A stretch of 64,000 bases of DNA from Podarcis tiliguerta (Eukaryota). The position numbers and the translations under genes were made by a program. The stretch lies in assembly GCA_965153285.1 (NCBI GenBank), contig OZ229120.1; one strand, given 5' to 3'. Positions 60,917 to 64,000 of this stretch are shown here, in pieces. Position 1 is the first letter of the stretch. The number at the start of each line of letters is the position of its first letter. The notes under the pieces are model-generated. The model was not told the origin of the DNA. It did no database searches and saw only the letters and a list, made by a program, of their open reading frames with translations.

Positions 60917-63900
60917 CATTGGCTATGCTTATGACTCCATCTGCTGGTGAATCAATATTAACTGATTCTGCTTCATACTCAAATTCTTTCAAAAAATCAG
61001 TCAACTTAGGAGTCACTTCAGGTTCTAACAATAAAGATCCCCAATCTTGATCTTCTTGAGAACATTTCCCAGTCTTACCATCGGAATCACTAGGCTTAGA
61101 TTCTGAAATACTCCTTGCACTTCCAGCACCTGATAAATCAATATTACTTGAATCTGTTTCATATTTGAATTCTTTTAAAGCATATGATGATTCAGGAGTC
61201 TCTCTGGATTCTAACAGAAATGATCCCCAGACTTGACCCTCTTGAGTACATTCTGCAATCTCATTGTTGACATCAGTAGCTATAGATTCTGAATGATCAA
61301 TATCATTGACACCCGTGGGTGATTCAATATTACTTGAATCTGTTTCATATTCAAATTTTTTCAAAGTGCATGAAGATCCAGGAGTCCCGTCAGACTCTAC
61401 TAACAGTGATTCCCAACCTTGATCTGCTTGAGAATATTCTGCAACCTCACCTTTGATATCAACAGTGCCACATTCTGAAATGTTCATGCCACCGTTCTGA
61501 AGAGTGTAATCATGACCAAATGATACATCAAATGGAGAAGTACATGCAAGTGGTGATTGTTCTGTGAGTGATCCTACAACCCATGGGCTATTATTCTCCT
61601 GCAAATTTTCAGGTTCTTGTAGAATATTAGTGGCATATTGACTTCTTGCACCATAGAGGAAATCTTCATTTTCTTCTTCTAGGGAGGCTTGCAATGAATG
61701 TATCTTTCTGAATATTTCATTGGTTTCTACTCTTTTCTCTGATTGATTGTCTAAGATTGCAATGGGATTAACTTCATTCAGTGTGGTAGATGGTTTAGTG
61801 GCAACTGACATCTTACTGATGCCATGCATATCTGATGCTTCCAGCTGATCATCCATCCCTGTAGGTGAAACCAGAGCAACAGCAGGATCCATAGACTTCA
61901 TTTTGTCTGAGGAAGTTGCACCTTCCTGTTCTTCAAAGTTTTTATTTTCATATGCATTGCTTTCCTGATTTATGAGTTCTGCTTCCAAATTTTCACTACA
62001 GGAACTTGGAAGATCCTCTAGTTCAGTAGTAGTTTTATTTGCTATGTCAGATTCATGCATAACAGTTTCCTCTCCAATTTCAGATAACTCCTCATTTCCA
62101 GCGACTTGGGACTCGCCAAGACTTGTCTCATTATCAAGACACAGACTTTCAGGACATAACTCTTCTCTGTCAATTGTCAACTGCTGATTAAAGACTACGT
62201 CTATGTCTTTGTATATTTCTGACAGCATGGAAGACATCTGAATAGCTTCTTCAGATTCAGTTAGGACAGAAGATTGGGCACAAGCTTCCTTGTTTTCATA
62301 TTCATTGCAAACATCAGGGCTACTTGAGGCCTGTGAACTGCTGTCTTGATCACAGTGACTTAATATATCAGGATTTTCACCATTTGTTCTCAAGACGAAA
62401 GGCTGTTCAACATTAGTCCACAAATCTGGATCAACAGTAAATGCCTGGCAATCACTAGGGTTGTTGTTTTGTAATATATCTGGAACAAATGAATTTTCCT
62501 GTGTAACTTCATCACATCTTGGGCTAGGTTTCCTTACTGGTTTTAAAGGTAGTGGAGGATTAGATGGAAATTGTTCACTGGTTTCTTTTTTATCTAATGG
62601 ATTTACATTTACTTCATTTGGATTGATAGATGGTGCATTCATTTTATCTCTTAGCAGACCAAGTGTTGGATCGACCTGAGCAAGTGCGTTCAATAGGTTT
62701 GATTGCCAGTCTTCTGGAACAGGGTGTTTAAGAGCATCTTGAACTTTAACATTAGTAACAGAGGATTCTTGTTTTACACCACTTTCATCCTCACAGGATG
62801 GGGACAGTGGATAACACTCTTCAAAATTCACAGTACCTTGATCCAACTGTTCTTCTTTGTTAGCCAGTGAGTTTGCTCCATTTCTGCATTCACATTCTCT
62901 GTTATCTTGAGTAGACTCATTTTCAAACTTAGCAGCATCGTGGAAATTTGGTTCTTTTCGCTTTTCATTTTTTTCTGTGTGTATTTGCATTGCACCATGT
63001 GTAATGGTGACTGTGTCATTCATTTTTAAATCATTATCAGAATAAAATTGTGCACCTTCCTTTGAACTTTCATCTTGGCTTTGTAAATTCCACCATTCCG
63101 AGGAATCATCTGGAAATCTAAGATTGTCCACTATGGATTTTTTATTTTTATCTAATGTGGTTTCAGAATGACCTTGCATTATTACATCCCAAGCATCTGA
63201 ATTCTTTGGGCCATGGTTTTCTTCGTGATTTATATCAGACATTTGTATAGTATGTTCATCTGCTTCATCCTGAATTGTTTCCCAGTGCGCTAAACATTCA
63301 GATGTTTCATGAACATAATCCTCCACTGAAGTGTCAAGAGCATTAAGATTTTCTGAATTTTCATTTAATGTGACTACTTGGACATTTTCCTTGAAATGAG
63401 ACGGAGTGCTTGAACCTTCTGAATCAATTGCAAGGTTTGTTTCTTGCCCTTGTGTGTCAGCCTCTAGTCTGTTAGGATGTAGAGCTGCCTGTATTCCTGT
63501 CTCTTGCATACTCAAGTATTCTGAATCTACATCAATTCCAGGACTTGATAATGAGGAGACTGTATCATCATCCACATGAGCATTCCAAAGCTCTAAGTTT
63601 TTCGGCACTTTGTGTTCAGTGCTTGTTTCAGAATCTTCTTGGCTTTTATTCTCGGGTAACTCTTTCCCAGATGCTTCTTCACCATCAGTTGTGATGTCCC
63701 AAGCATCTTCATTTTCTTTTTGATTATTAGCTACCTGAAAGCTATCCCAAATATGCATATTTGTAGAAAAATCACTTGTATCGGGAGTGGTTGCACTTGA
63801 GTGTGTATAGTCAATGGAACCACTACAAGTGGTGTCTTCTTTGTAGTAGGTGTCTTTAATAGGAATATCTTCTGGGAAATTATACATAGTATCTGACCCT

Positions 63901-64000
63901 TCAAGTGCCTCATTTATGTTGGGGCTTATTCCAACAGACTGTGCCTGTTCATCCATCGATACATTCCAGGCATCTAGAATATGGGACAACTCATGATGAG
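60917..64000 (-). CDS. PRUNE2: PRUNE2 giant acidic, low-complexity exon (partial; continues beyond window)
   Basis: Frame is open for more than 1020 codons to the window edge and is D/E/S-rich. Motifs FVPDIL, VDPDLWT and DILSHCDQDSSSQASSSPDVC resemble PRUNE2. Donor AATG|GTGAGT at 60917/60916, phase 1. Confidence 0.93.
60921..61478 (-). repeat. PRUNE2: Three diverged in-frame 186-bp (62-aa) tandem units
   Basis: tcaatatta at 60952/61138/61324 and ttctga at 61101/61287/61473 give an exact 186-bp period. Confidence 0.92.

Noticed and set aside
1-64000. CRISPR arrays, operons or other prokaryotic/viral systems; PCA3-like antisense lncRNA
   Set aside because: There are no regular repeat-spacer arrays, and the DNA is intron-rich vertebrate sequence. 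PCA3 lies in a more 5' PRUNE2 intron in humans, outside the region covered here.

Overview
Vertebrate genomic DNA from a squamate reptile. A lacertid lizard is most likely, judging by the Sauria-SINE variant plus BovB, CR1, L2 and L1 LINEs. The window holds the 3' half of PRUNE2 (BMCC1/BNIP-XL) on the minus strand. I traced 13 coding exons with canonical AG/GT boundaries in one continuous frame. They run from a giant acidic exon cut by the right edge of the window, through the BNIP2/BCH (CRAL-TRIO-like) exons, to the stop at 12788, followed by an apparent 3' UTR of about 3.9 kb. A probable internal promoter and alternative first exon for the short isoform lies near 53.2-53.4 kb. Introns and the roughly 8.8 kb downstream of the gene are dominated by transposable elements. 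I found no prokaryote-type system and cannot claim a new biological system. The best leads are: (1) an alternative first exon whose coding frame is closed by a stop; (2) a 7-aa GNELNWE extension giving a kinesin-type W-acidic motif; (3) an exact 3 x 186-bp coding repeat; (4) inverted L2 copies bracketing a stop-free, frame-symmetric exon block (circRNA candidate); (5) a tail-to-tail L2 hairpin; (6) miR-183/96/182 seed sites in the 3' UTR. Comparisons with mammalian PRUNE2 are from memory and need alignment.
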